From assembly GCA_951406725.2 (NCBI GenBank), contig OX597835.1, positions 16,306,001-16,370,000 of the forward strand: DNA of 64,000 nt, in the 5' to 3' direction. Numbering within the stretch: position 1 is the first letter of the stretch; the number at the start of each line of letters is the position of its first letter. The notes under the pieces were generated by a model. It did not search any database, was not told the DNA's origin, and worked only from the letters and a program-made list of their open reading frames with translations. The stretch is from Octopus vulgaris (lineage: Eukaryota). The position numbers and the translations under genes were made by a program. Shown here piece by piece: positions 25,462 through 38,047 of this stretch.

Positions 25462-28452
25462 TATATATATTATTTTAATAGGATTACCAACAATTTGAAA
25501 TAATAAATAAATCCTGCAGCTATGTTTCTCTGTTGAATATCAACCATTTTAAGGGGAAAGGCGGATTAAAGTGGATTACTGATGGCAGTAAAAGTTTATT
25601 GGGGTACAAAAGCAAGGGCAGTAAGCTCTTTTTTTCTTTTCCTTTCAACACAGTGTGACATATGTTGATTAAGATAATCAATAACTTGGTTGTTGTTTAG
25701 CTCAAGATCAAACCTAATCAAGGAGATTTATGATCAAAGATGTTTCATCCATGACTACCTTGTCTTGTTTTAGCAGATGTGGGTCTACATTACATAATGT
25801 ATTCATCATCATTGTTTAACGTCCGTTCTCCATGCTAGCATGGGTTGGGCAGTTCGACCGGGGATCTGGGAAGCCAGAAGGCTGCACCAGGCTCTAGTCT
25901 GATCTGGCAGTGTTTCTACAGCTGGATGCCCTTCCTAACGCCAACCACTCCAAGAGTGTAGTGGGTTGCTTATTATGTGCCACCTGCACAGGTGCCAGGC
26001 GAGGCTGGCAACGGCCACGATTGGATTGGTGCATTTTACGTGCCACCGACCAGGCAATAGAATGTAACTTGAGGGGGATTTATTTACTTTCTCTAGCAAG
26101 CTGAGCAGCCATGTGAAAGTCCTATAATTCTGTACCTTGTACTCTGACAAAGTAAGGAGCAATGATGGGACATAAATATCATAACTGGTATGTTACAAGT
26201 ATAAATGGATAATACCCAGGTAAAGATAAGGACTCTACATGAGGACCTTACAGCAAGAAGGGATAGAGAGTAGGTCTGGCTGCACATTCATGAGCTACTG
26301 GATAAAATACAATGCTGGATCAACCAAGGTTTATACAGATAAATTTTGAAGACACTTGCCCAAGATGCAATGAAGTGGGACTGAACCTGGAACCATGTGG
26401 TTGGAAAGCAAACGTCTTACTGTACAGACACTACTGCACCTGCTTATTAAAAAACAAACACACACCATGCATTAAATACTCCTTTTTTTTCTTTTTTACT
26501 CTTTTACTTGTTTCAGCCATTTGACTGCGGCCATGCTGGAGCACCGCCTTTAGTCGAGCAACTCGACCCCGGGATTTATTCTTTGTAAGCCCAGTACTTA
26601 TTCTATCGGTCTCTTTTGCCGAACCGCTAAGTGACGGGGACGTAAACACACCAGCATCAGTTGTCAAGCGATGCTAGGGGGACAAACACATACACACACA
26701 CACATATACATATATATATACATATATACGACAGGCTTCTTTCAGTTTCCGTCTACCAAATCCACTCACAAGGCATTGGTCGGCCCCGGGGCTATAGCAG
26801 AAGACACTTGCCCAAGATGCCACGCAGTGGGACTGAACCCGGAACCATGTGGTTGGTTAGCAAGCTACTTACCACACAGCCACTCCTAATGTAATATGGA
26901 GTACACCATTCTTGAAAAGAAAGGAAATGGAATGGAACGGTCATGGCTGGAACTGCTTCGATCCTAGGTCCTTCCAATCAATGTTGATTCGTAGTTGAAC
27001 ACCACCACCACCACCACCACAACTAGATCACCAGGGAATGTTGCATCTGAGATGCAGAGATAGGGTTTAATTTCTTAGCTAGATGATGTTATGAAACTGG
27101 AGCTAAGCAATGACTCTTACAAAAAAACCCACCTTGCTGCTTTAAAGAGTCAGCAAAAATAACGTGGAATTGATTAGTGAGTCGTGATACATACACTTCA
27201 TACATTCTTGGCATGTTACTTCATCAAATGACTAACTGATACAGACACACAGACAGACAGATAAGCACACACACATACAAATAGGGACATGCACAAGTGC
27301 ACAAACTCACACACACACACTTATACATACCTATTTCTTTATTACCCACAAGGGGCTAAACATAGAGGGGACAAACAAGGACAGACATAGGTATTAAGTC
27401 GATTACATCGACCCCAGTGCGTAACTGGTACTTTAATTTATCGACCCCGAAAGGATGAAAGGCAAAGTTGACCTCGGCGGAATTTGAACTCAGAACGTAA
27501 CAGCAGACGAAATACCTATTTCTTTATTACCCACAAGGGGCTAAACATAGAGGGGACAAACAAGGACAGACATAGGTATTAAGTCGATTACATCGACCCC
27601 AGTGCGTAACTGGTACTTTAATTTATCGACCCCGAAAGGATGAAAGGCAAAGTCGACCTCGGCGGAATTTGAACTCAGAACGTAACGGCAGACGAAATAC
27701 CGCTAAGCATTTCGCCCGGCGAGTTAACGTCTCTGCTAGCTTGCCGCCTTAACACACTTATACATACCATAGGCATACAAACACTGATACACACCCACAC
27801 ACATGCTAACGCACACCAATTTTTTTATGAAATTGTATTTACTCTTTGCTGCCAATATTCCTCAAACATCCAAATATATCCAGTCTAGAATATTCTGATA
27901 ATGTTTTAAACTTAATTTTAATTATAATGAATATAGCTGCTACTTCAATTTACTGTTTATTTATTTCTTAATTTAAAGTAATGATGATACAAATTGTATT
28001 ACAAAGGACATCTATCTACCTACCTACACTATATATATATATACATACACACACATATATTCTTTTATTCTTTCACTTGTTTCAGTCATTTGACTGCAGG
28101 CATGCTGGAGCACCACCTTTAGTCGAGCAAATCGACCCCAGGACTTATTCTTTGTAAGCCTAGTACTTATTCCATCGGTTTCTTTTTGCTGAACTAGTAA
28201 GTGACGGGTATGTAAACACACCAACATTGGTTGTCAAGCAATGGTGGAGGGACAAACAGACACAAATAACAAAAATACATACATACATATATGACGGGCT
28301 TTTTTCAGTTTCTGTCTACCAAATCCACTCACAAGGATTTGGTCGGTTCGAGGCTATAGTGGAAGACACATACCCAAGGTGCTATGCAGTGGGACTGAAC
28401 CTGGAACCATGTGGTTGGGAAGCAAGCTTCTTACTACACAACCACTCCTGCA

Positions 28453-28497
<45 letters not shown>

Positions 28498-31400
28498 ATC
28501 ACTTTAGTGTCCATTTTTTCATGCTTGCATGGATTGGATGGCATTTGTTGAGGCAAATTTTCAATGGCTGGATACCCTTCTTGAAGCCAATCCTCAACTG
28601 TAGTGGGTGCTTTTTACGTGCCACCTGCACAGGTGCCAGATGGGGCTGGCAAACGGCCACAGTTGGATGGTGCTTTTTGGGGGCCTGACAGGGCTGGCAA
28701 CGGCCACAATCGGATAATGCTTTTTACGTGCCACCGGCACGGAGGCCAGTTGGGGCGGCGCTGCCAACAGCCACGTTCGGATGGTTCTCTTACATACCAT
28801 CGGCACTGGTATCACAGCTGCAATTTCCATTCTATCTACAAATAATATATATATTATATATCATCATCCTTTAAATCCATTTTCAATGCTGGCATGGGTT
28901 GGATGGTTTAACCAGAGCTGGCAAGTTGGAGAACTGCAACAGGTTCCAGACACTCTCACATTTGTACAAATATGTAGATAAATGCAAGTAATTGCATGTG
29001 CGCATGCACACATGCACACGCACAAACAAAGTGGATCCCATTTGGTATTTAGGTAGAGTCAAACTAAGTACATGCACTATTAATAATTCACTCCATTATT
29101 TGTGCTATTAGTATAGAATTATTTTTGTGACATTCCTGTCACCTTTACAATGGTCTCTACCAGGCTGAATAATTAATAGAATGATTGAGATAACATGTTG
29201 TAAACACAGTAAAGGCCAGTCCAGTATGAGAAGAAAAAAAAAACAATGTTAAAATTGTTATAGTAATGATGATAACAGCATGATGATTGGTGACGAACAT
29301 TAATGATGGTTGTTGTTTAGTCACAGGCCAAATACATTCCAACAGTGACCATCCCCATCAAATTCCTTTATTTTAAATTAATCAAGGTCGTAGGCAAGTG
29401 CAGACATAATTTTAAATAATAGTAAACTCATTAATATGTTTATCATTTCAGTGCTTTAACTTTCTATATTCATTAGGTTTCGGGTTCAGTCCCACTGCGT
29501 GGCACTTTGGGTAGGTGTCTTCCTATAGCCCCAAGCCGACCGAAGCTTTGTGATTGAATTCGGTAGGCGGAAGTTACTGCCATGTGTGTATGTGTGCGTG
29601 TAGGTGCTCAGTGCCTCTCCAAAAGAGAGAGAGGGATTACCAGGCATCAGTTATATCCTCGTAAACTTAGACAAACTATATAATTCCTATTTCATGTGTA
29701 CAAAAGAAAAAGAAAAAAAAATAATATCAATATGTGTTTGTAACTGCACCAAGTCTGAAGACATAACGTCTGGTTCGAAAAACTTGCATGGTCTAACATT
29801 TTGTGGGCCACAACAACTGTACAGTTACGTTAATAATCACACAGTTATAAGCTCCAATTTCACAACAGCTGCTCCTTCCATCCTACCATCACAGACACCT
29901 TCAAGACTGGTGGTGTGTGGACTGAGCTATACCCTCTGAGCAAGGCACATAACTCTCTTGCAATACTAAAGGCGAAGGAAAATACTGTGGAAGAACCTTA
30001 CAGATAATAAGTATAAAAACGCAAGGATCTCAACATATGTAATATAGTGAGTTCAAAAACTTTGATCTACTGAGATTATCTATGCCATGAGTAGGCAAAA
30101 ACTCCTAAGAGTGTTAAAAAAAGTGAAACCAAGGGAGATAATTGATCTTACTGGAGTTATTTCCCTTGCTTTATTTAAATATTAAGATATTAAGCAATTC
30201 ACCAAACTAGGGAAATTTTTGTATTCTCATTGCTGGGATAATTTCAGTTGATGGAAATTTTTACACCTGATTGAGAGTTCACAGCTCCAGTGCTACAGAC
30301 AAGTGACTATGATGCTGCAGGAAAGGACTGTAAGACACTCCAAGCTGAGCCAACCAGTAGGAGACCTAGGGATAGACCGCAAGCAAGATGGTTGGATAAC
30401 ATCCATAGTCCCAGTTGGTCACACTTGGGGATCCAGTAGGGAAGTGCAATGATGATTGCTTCTGAGAGAGCCCTAACTCTAACCCATAATACTTCCAAGA
30501 ATATTAGGAGATACGAATGGATGTATTACATAACAGGGCAGCTGAAACCACTGCAAGGTAGTTAGTTAGTTAGTTAATTTGGCTCAAAAGCAAATAGCAA
30601 GGCCATGTAGGGGGACATGGAGTTAAGTACAGGGTGGTGTTCATGTAAAGAGTTCAGGCCACTTGAGGTCCAGGGAGGCTTTGAACAAAGCGGTCGTCGG
30701 CATCTTCACCATCTCGTCTGGCAGCTTGTTCCACGGATCCGCAACCCGGACGGAGAAAGCTCCTCTCCTTCGATTGAGATGAAATCGTTGCAGGTAGAGC
30801 TTTTCGGAATGACCCCGCAGCCGACGCTTTGGAGCAGGAGTGAAGAACAGCTCTTTCGAGAGGTTACACTTTCCGCTTATGATGTTGAGGGCGAGAATGA
30901 GATCACCACGGCGGCGGCGTTTTTCAAGAGAATAAAGGTCGAGTGTCAGGTAATGGTGGGTGACAAGAGACCACAGATAGAACCCTTAATTCAGCCCTTG
31001 CTGTTTCACTCAGGCAAAGCATACAGGTTAAGTAGCGAAACACTTGTGACCCTGAGATACCTGCTGAAGATATGGAAGGTGATGGCTTCAGTCATCATCA
31101 GAAGAGCTTGCATTATCTCAAACCCTTTAGCATTCAGATTATTGTCAAATTTAGTAGGTATTTCTTCACATTGCTTTGAATTAATCATGCATTACCTTTG
31201 AGATATTCTAGGATGTGGTTATTTATTTTTTTTAGAACGACATTGGCGGATAGGTATAAGAGGTCAGATATGGCTGGTTTGAGCAGAAAACAGATAGAAT
31301 ATTTGAGTTGGATATGGCTGGTTTAAATGCAAAAGGGTTCAGTAGCTTCTGCAGTCTCTGCATTGGGGCAGAACATCTTTGATGCTATTTCATAGTATAA

Positions 31401-32160
31401 GTATCTTTTTACAGACACTACTAATTCATTCTCACTCTCTTCCCTAAATGTGTGCAGCTCCTCTATTACAAGAAACCTATTCTACCCCAACTTTTTTCTT
31501 CTCATTCCTTAACCCCTACCTAGCATAAGGGCATACCTCCATCCCTCACTCAGGTTTCGTAGACTTGAGAGCTACAAAGTAACCGCAAAGTGCTGGTGGC
31601 ATGAAGAAAAAAGCACCCAGTACACAACTGCCAAGTGGTTGGCTTTATGAAGAGCATCCTGCCATAGAAACAATACCAGAGATGACACTGAAGTATAACA
31701 CAGTCCTTGGACTCAACAAATCCTATCAAACCATCCAACCCATGTCAGCATACAACAGGGATGTTTAACCCTTTAGCTTTTAAACCGGCCTTATCCAGCC
31801 AAAAGTACTCTGCCTGTTTTATGTTCAAACTGACCAGATCTGGTCTCTCACACCAACCCTACAATATCATTCTAACTATTAACAGCTACCTCATCAAAAT
31901 CTCAAAGCTACAACATAATGTATGATTAGTTCAAAACAATATGGATAAAAATGGATTAATTTTGGCAGAATAATGCAAACACTAAAGGGTTAATGATGAT
32001 GATGGTAAGTAAAGACTCTAGTTGGCCTGAGTGATAGACAAAGTAGTTTTACTTCTAACTTCATGACTGAGGTAGAACAAGAGACATCCATCTAGCTGTA
32101 ATAACAACAGATCAAATAAATAAACTATCCCACCTACGCATACAGGTAAAACAATGTAAA

Positions 32161-32220
<60 letters not shown>

Positions 32221-32340
32221 GGTTTAAGCAGAGTATTGTCATGCACCAACAGGAAACACACTTATGCTTCCTGTTGGAACACACACACACACACACACAC
32301 ATACACGTCTGTACACATGGACAAATGCACACGTATACAT

Positions 32341-32388
<48 letters not shown>

Positions 32389-32694
32389 TCTCGGTTGGTT
32401 TTTCATGTTTTTTCTTTCTTTCTTTCAGGATGTTGTTGAAACAGAAAGAAAAAAAAAATTTGTTAAACTGACGACACACAACAAATGAGAGGGTGCAAGA
32501 GTGAGAGAAAGAGAGAGAGATAGGGGGGACATTTAGACAGGTGTGCAAATAGTAAACATAGGTACTAGGACATACAAACAGCTGGACAGTTAAATTGATT
32601 GATGAATAGGTATATATATGTATGTTTATAAGCATATACATGTAAACATGTGTAGGAGTGTGATACATATATATGCGCAAATTTAAGTGTGTGT

Positions 32695-32738
<44 letters not shown>

Positions 32739-35700
32739 TAGATAGATATCAAATGTCCCTTGGCATTCTGTCATTCCATATTACGATTCCCTATCATTAT
32801 CTCATCCCATCTAGCTACATTTATTCATTTACCTTATTAGTTTGTTATTCTATAATTTTCTATTCTTTGTCGTACGTTTTAATTTTATATAGCTGATTCA
32901 ATTCCACTGCCACCAACACTGTCATCATCATAATCAATGTCATCACTGTCATCATCATAATCGATACCCCTATTAACACCAGTCCCAACCTTTATCACTC
33001 CAGCTATCTGTTTACCTGTCGATATTTTTTTCTACCTATTTATTAACTCACCATTTTAGGTTTTTTAACCCTTTAGTGTTCACATTATTCCGCCCAAGTT
33101 AATGCTTTTTTATCCACATTGTTTTGAACTAATCATGCATTATCTTGCAGCTATGAGATTTTGATGAGGTAGTCGTTAATTCCTAAAACGATATTGTAGG
33201 GTTGGTGTGAGAGACCAGATCTGGCCAGTTTGAACTTTAAACAAGCAGAATACTTTTGGCCGGATATGGCCGGTTTAAATGCTAAAGGGTTACGACCAAA
33301 TATGGAAGGAAGGAATCTTGGGCATAAACTTGTCTTACTGACAAGGGGTAAAATACCTACAAGATGCTCTACTAACAAAACTCAAATGAGGTTTATAGAG
33401 TTTAATTCTTAACCCTTTAGTGTTTAAACCGGCCATATTCGGCCCAAATATTCTATGTTTTATATTCAAACTGATGATATCTAACCTCCCACACCTAACC
33501 TACATTGACATTCTAAAAATAAACAATTACATCATTGAAACCTCAAAAGCTATAAGATAATGCAGGATTAATTAAAAACAATTTGAGTAAAAAAATATTT
33601 ACATTTAACTGAGTAATTTGAACACTAAAGGGTTAAGACACTACCTTTGTCTTAATTTAGAAAATAACTGAGGTTTTGGGTCCATTTCCACTGCATACCA
33701 CCTTGAGCAAGTATCTTCTGCTATAGCCCCAGGCCAACCAATGCTTTGCAAATGAATTTGGTAGATGGAAACTGTTTGGAAGCTCACCATGTGTGTGTGT
33801 GTGTGTGGTGTGTGTGTGTGGTGTAAGTTTTATACAGTTATTGACAGTGATTTCAAATTTTTGACCAGCTAAGCCATCACTGGACTGGCCAAAACTTCAA
33901 AATCAGTGTCAACAACATTCTTGTATAAAACTAATAAATTTGTATTGTACAAAGGTATAGAGCAACCCATCAGATTAATGTAAAATTATTTTTATTATAA
34001 CTGAACGTAAAAACAATGTGTGTGTGTGTGTGTATGTTTTTAAAAAAAATGCTTGATAACCAATGTTGGTTTGTTTACATCTCTGTAACAGCAGTTTGGC
34101 AAAAGAGATCAAGACTTAAAAAAAAATAGAAATAGAAAGTACTGAGGTTAAGTTGTTTGACTGTATCCTTCAAGGTGGTGCCCCAGCATGACCACAGTCC
34201 AATGACTGAAACAGGTAAAAGATAAAAGATATGTAGCTGGTGTTTGGAACATAAATTAACATCAAATTTGATGGAAAGTTTTTAAATTTAGATCCCTTTA
34301 AAACGGGATGTCTCGATAGAACTGGGGGTAGTTTTAGTTTGACTGGAATCAAATGGGTTAAAGTAGAAAGGAGCAATGTAAGTGGTAACCAGGCACACAC
34401 AGACACACACACACACAAAGCACAATTTAATTTGTCTAATTGAAGTATTTGTTCATTAAGAGTGCTCTACAACTAATTAGAAATTGGTTTAATTGACTAA
34501 GATAGGGAAGAAATACACTTCAACAACAACAGCAGCAACAGTGATGATGGTTTTAATGATGAAGACAAGTGGTAATGATGATGATGAGGATGATGAGGAC
34601 TACGATGATGATGATGATAACAATGATGACTAATTTATCAGTAACAACGCTACCAATGTTATTATGAATGAATAACTGATTGGTGTACTTAAATTATCAG
34701 CAACAGTAACATTCGAAAATTAAACAAGGATCGTCTTCAATTTGTTCATTAGTCAAATACAAAAACTTGAATATTGGTTAGTTAATCTCTTGGTAGAACT
34801 TTTTTTAAGATTGTGGGAAGAGTGATTATGAGTGTGTAAAATATGTACCATTCTTATTCCAACGCTAGTCTTATGAGAGCAACAGTTTTAATGCAACTCA
34901 CTCCTGGTGGGAAATCCGCTAACAATGAAGTGAAGAAAAGGAGCTTCTAGCTGATGGGTATCTAGCTTGATATAATATCAGACTCAATAAAGCTGTTGAC
35001 CTGTCATTAATAAGGTTCAAAGATTAAAGTAAACTGGCCACTGCATCTCTTACACAGTGGACTATTCTTTATGGAAACAGAAGAGGGTATTGCAAAAAAA
35101 AAGGAGATATCTTTATACCTAAAAGTCAAGTTGTGTGTCTGTCTCCTACGATTTAGATTCCTAACTACTCCCACATTTTACGGTGCAGTTTAACCAAAAC
35201 CGGGTATCTTATAGTCGTGATTCATATCGAGCCCTTCTGGGTATTAGCGCGCGTCTACGATGAGTCTACGATTTAAGAAAAATTTACCATCATTTTTTTC
35301 CATTTTAATGCATTTTTTCGCTATTATATAAGGGAAGTAACTCTCTAAAAATGTCTACGATAAGTCTACGATTTAAAAAAAAAATTTACCATCATTTTTT
35401 CCCCATTTTAATGCATTTTTTTCGCTATTATATAAGGGAAGTAACTCTAAAAATGTCTACGATGAGTCAACGATTTAAAAAAAAATTTACCATAATTTTT
35501 TTCCCATTTTTAATGCATTTTTTTTGCTATTTTTTTGCTATAACTCTAAAAATGCTTATATAGTTATTTCCCTTACAAACCCGAGCAACGCCGGGCAATA
35601 CTGCTAGTTAGTTAATAAGTCTGTTTCTCTTTTATCAATCTGACAAAGAACTACAGTGAATAAGTGAGACATTATTAAGACCTCACCAGTCCACCCAGCA

Positions 35701-36694
35701 TTGAAGACTGGATATATGATGGTGATGATTACAAAAGTTGGTCATGTACCAAATGATATTTTGCCCAAAAGTGTGCCCATCTTGTAGTCAGGGTCACTTA
35801 ATAGATATATAAGAATCCTTAAAAATCAAAATTACAATATGAAGTTAACAGAATAAGCTGTCCAGAGTCTTCATATCTTTTAAAATATGTTTGTTTATTG
35901 TATTTTAGACTATGTTTTTCATTGATTCTATTTCCAATTGTCTTCCCGTGTCCTATTATTCTATATAGACCAGGGGTGGGCAAACTACGGCCCGCCATAG
36001 GTTTTCATGCGGCCCGCCGAGAGGAATATTTCACAAAATTTCCTTTCAATCAATTGTGTGTTTATAGGTCTATAACCGCCTTTAAAAATATTTTCACTTG
36101 ATTTTTATAAATGAGGCCCGCCAAGGTTCCAAAGATGCACTGTGCGGCCCGCGATCAAAAAAAATTCGCCCACCCCTGATATAGACATTCCCCTTGGATG
36201 GGTTTGAACAAGTCAGAAATCATACAAATCAGAATCATGCTTCTATTCTTGGCTTGCTGATTTGCCCTCAAACAAAGCGAAACAAAAACCCGGACAAAAA
36301 TGACCATCAAAATGCACTTGATTTCTATCCAGTTCTCTTTCTATTTTGCAAGGGGCATCTTTCCTCTAACACTTCCTTCCAGCTATGCACCCGTCCATAA
36401 GGCTCTCCCCATCACACATTCAAGACTAATGTGGACTATGGTCGGCTGGCTGGTTTAATGATGGCCTCGTCCGGAATGTAGTCAGGCAACACAACTGGAA
36501 TGATATCAAATATTATCCCACAAGCAGGAGTGGCTGTGTGGTAAGTAGCTTGCTAACCAGCCACATGGTTCCGGGTTCAGTCCCACTGCGTGGCATCTTG
36601 GGCAAGTGTCTTCTGCTATAGCTCCGGGCCGACCAATAATGCCTTGTGAGTGGATTTGGTAGACGGAAACTGAAAGAAGCCTGTCGTATATATG

Positions 36695-36725
<31 letters not shown>

Positions 36726-37637
36726 TTGTGTTTGTGTTTGTTCCCCTAGCATTGCTTGACAACCGATGTTGGTGTGTTTACGTCCCCGTAACTTAGCGGT
36801 TCGGCAAAAGAGACCGATAGAATAAGTACTGGGCTTACAAAGATTTGCTCAACTAAAAGGCGGTGCTCCAGCATGGCCGCAGTCAAATGACTGAAACAAG
36901 TAAAAGAGTAAAAGAGTAAGCACAAAGATCTGGTCATCTTCAGCCTGTGAACTGCCTTACAATTAAACAGCAACTCATGGCTCAATATAGTCATTCATTT
37001 ATCAACAGATGCCTTTCTCGGCAGTTTGTGCACAAGCATCAGAGTTGTCATTGCTATGGAGCTACTGTCAATGAGTTTAGACAGCACCTGCTCTCATCAC
37101 AGTGCAGGATGATGTCCTCAACAAGATGTACTGAATGATGGTATTACTGAAGGAGGCTTCAATACTCCAGTTTTTCATCACAGCTGGGGTTCATTTATCT
37201 CAACCATGACAACGGTATACTGAGGTTAACTCTTTTACTGTTCAACTGTAGAAAGTCACACGTCTGGCAATAGCCTTTCTACTATAGGCACAAGGCCTGA
37301 AATTTGGGGGAGGTGGATAATCGATTACATCGACCCAGTATTTTACTGGTACTTAATTTATCGACCCCCGAAAGGATGAAAGGCAAAGTTGACCTCGGCG
37401 GAATTTGAACTCACAACGTTGCGACAGGTGAAATACTGCGAAGCATTTCGTCCGGCATGCAAACGATTCTGCCAGCTCCCTGCCTTTTGTCTGGCTATAT
37501 CCAGTGCCTAAAAACCTGGAGGTATTGCCTACTGCACAGAGGAGAAAAGGAAAATCAAATATCATATTGCCAGAGTGTGTGTGTGTGTGTGTGTATTTCA
37601 ATATATATCATCCCATGTAACAATAGTTATTCTGACA

Positions 37638-37705
<68 letters not shown>

Positions 37706-37997
37706 TATAAGAGAGTGACCACAATGTAGAATGTTAGAATTAATCTACATTTTTGTTATTTTTCATTTGCCCTGCTCGTTTACGTTAAATGTTGTGCTGA
37801 TTCTCCTTGGAAACAATTTTTTTAGTCGTTGATACCATAGCGGATCTACTTTTAGCGCAAGAGTCGACCATATAGTGGTCACTCTCTTATATTTGTGTAT
37901 AAATTTAAATTGTATCCCTGGTTTTTATGCACTAAGCCACTTGGTGATAAATTGATGGCATTATTAAATTAATATCCAATTTTTTCACCCTTATTTT

Positions 37998-38047
<50 letters not shown>

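Noticed and set aside
30617-31201. 194-aa plus-strand ORF
   Set aside because: It is the antisense reading of a CR1/L2-like LINE fragment running into a MITE.
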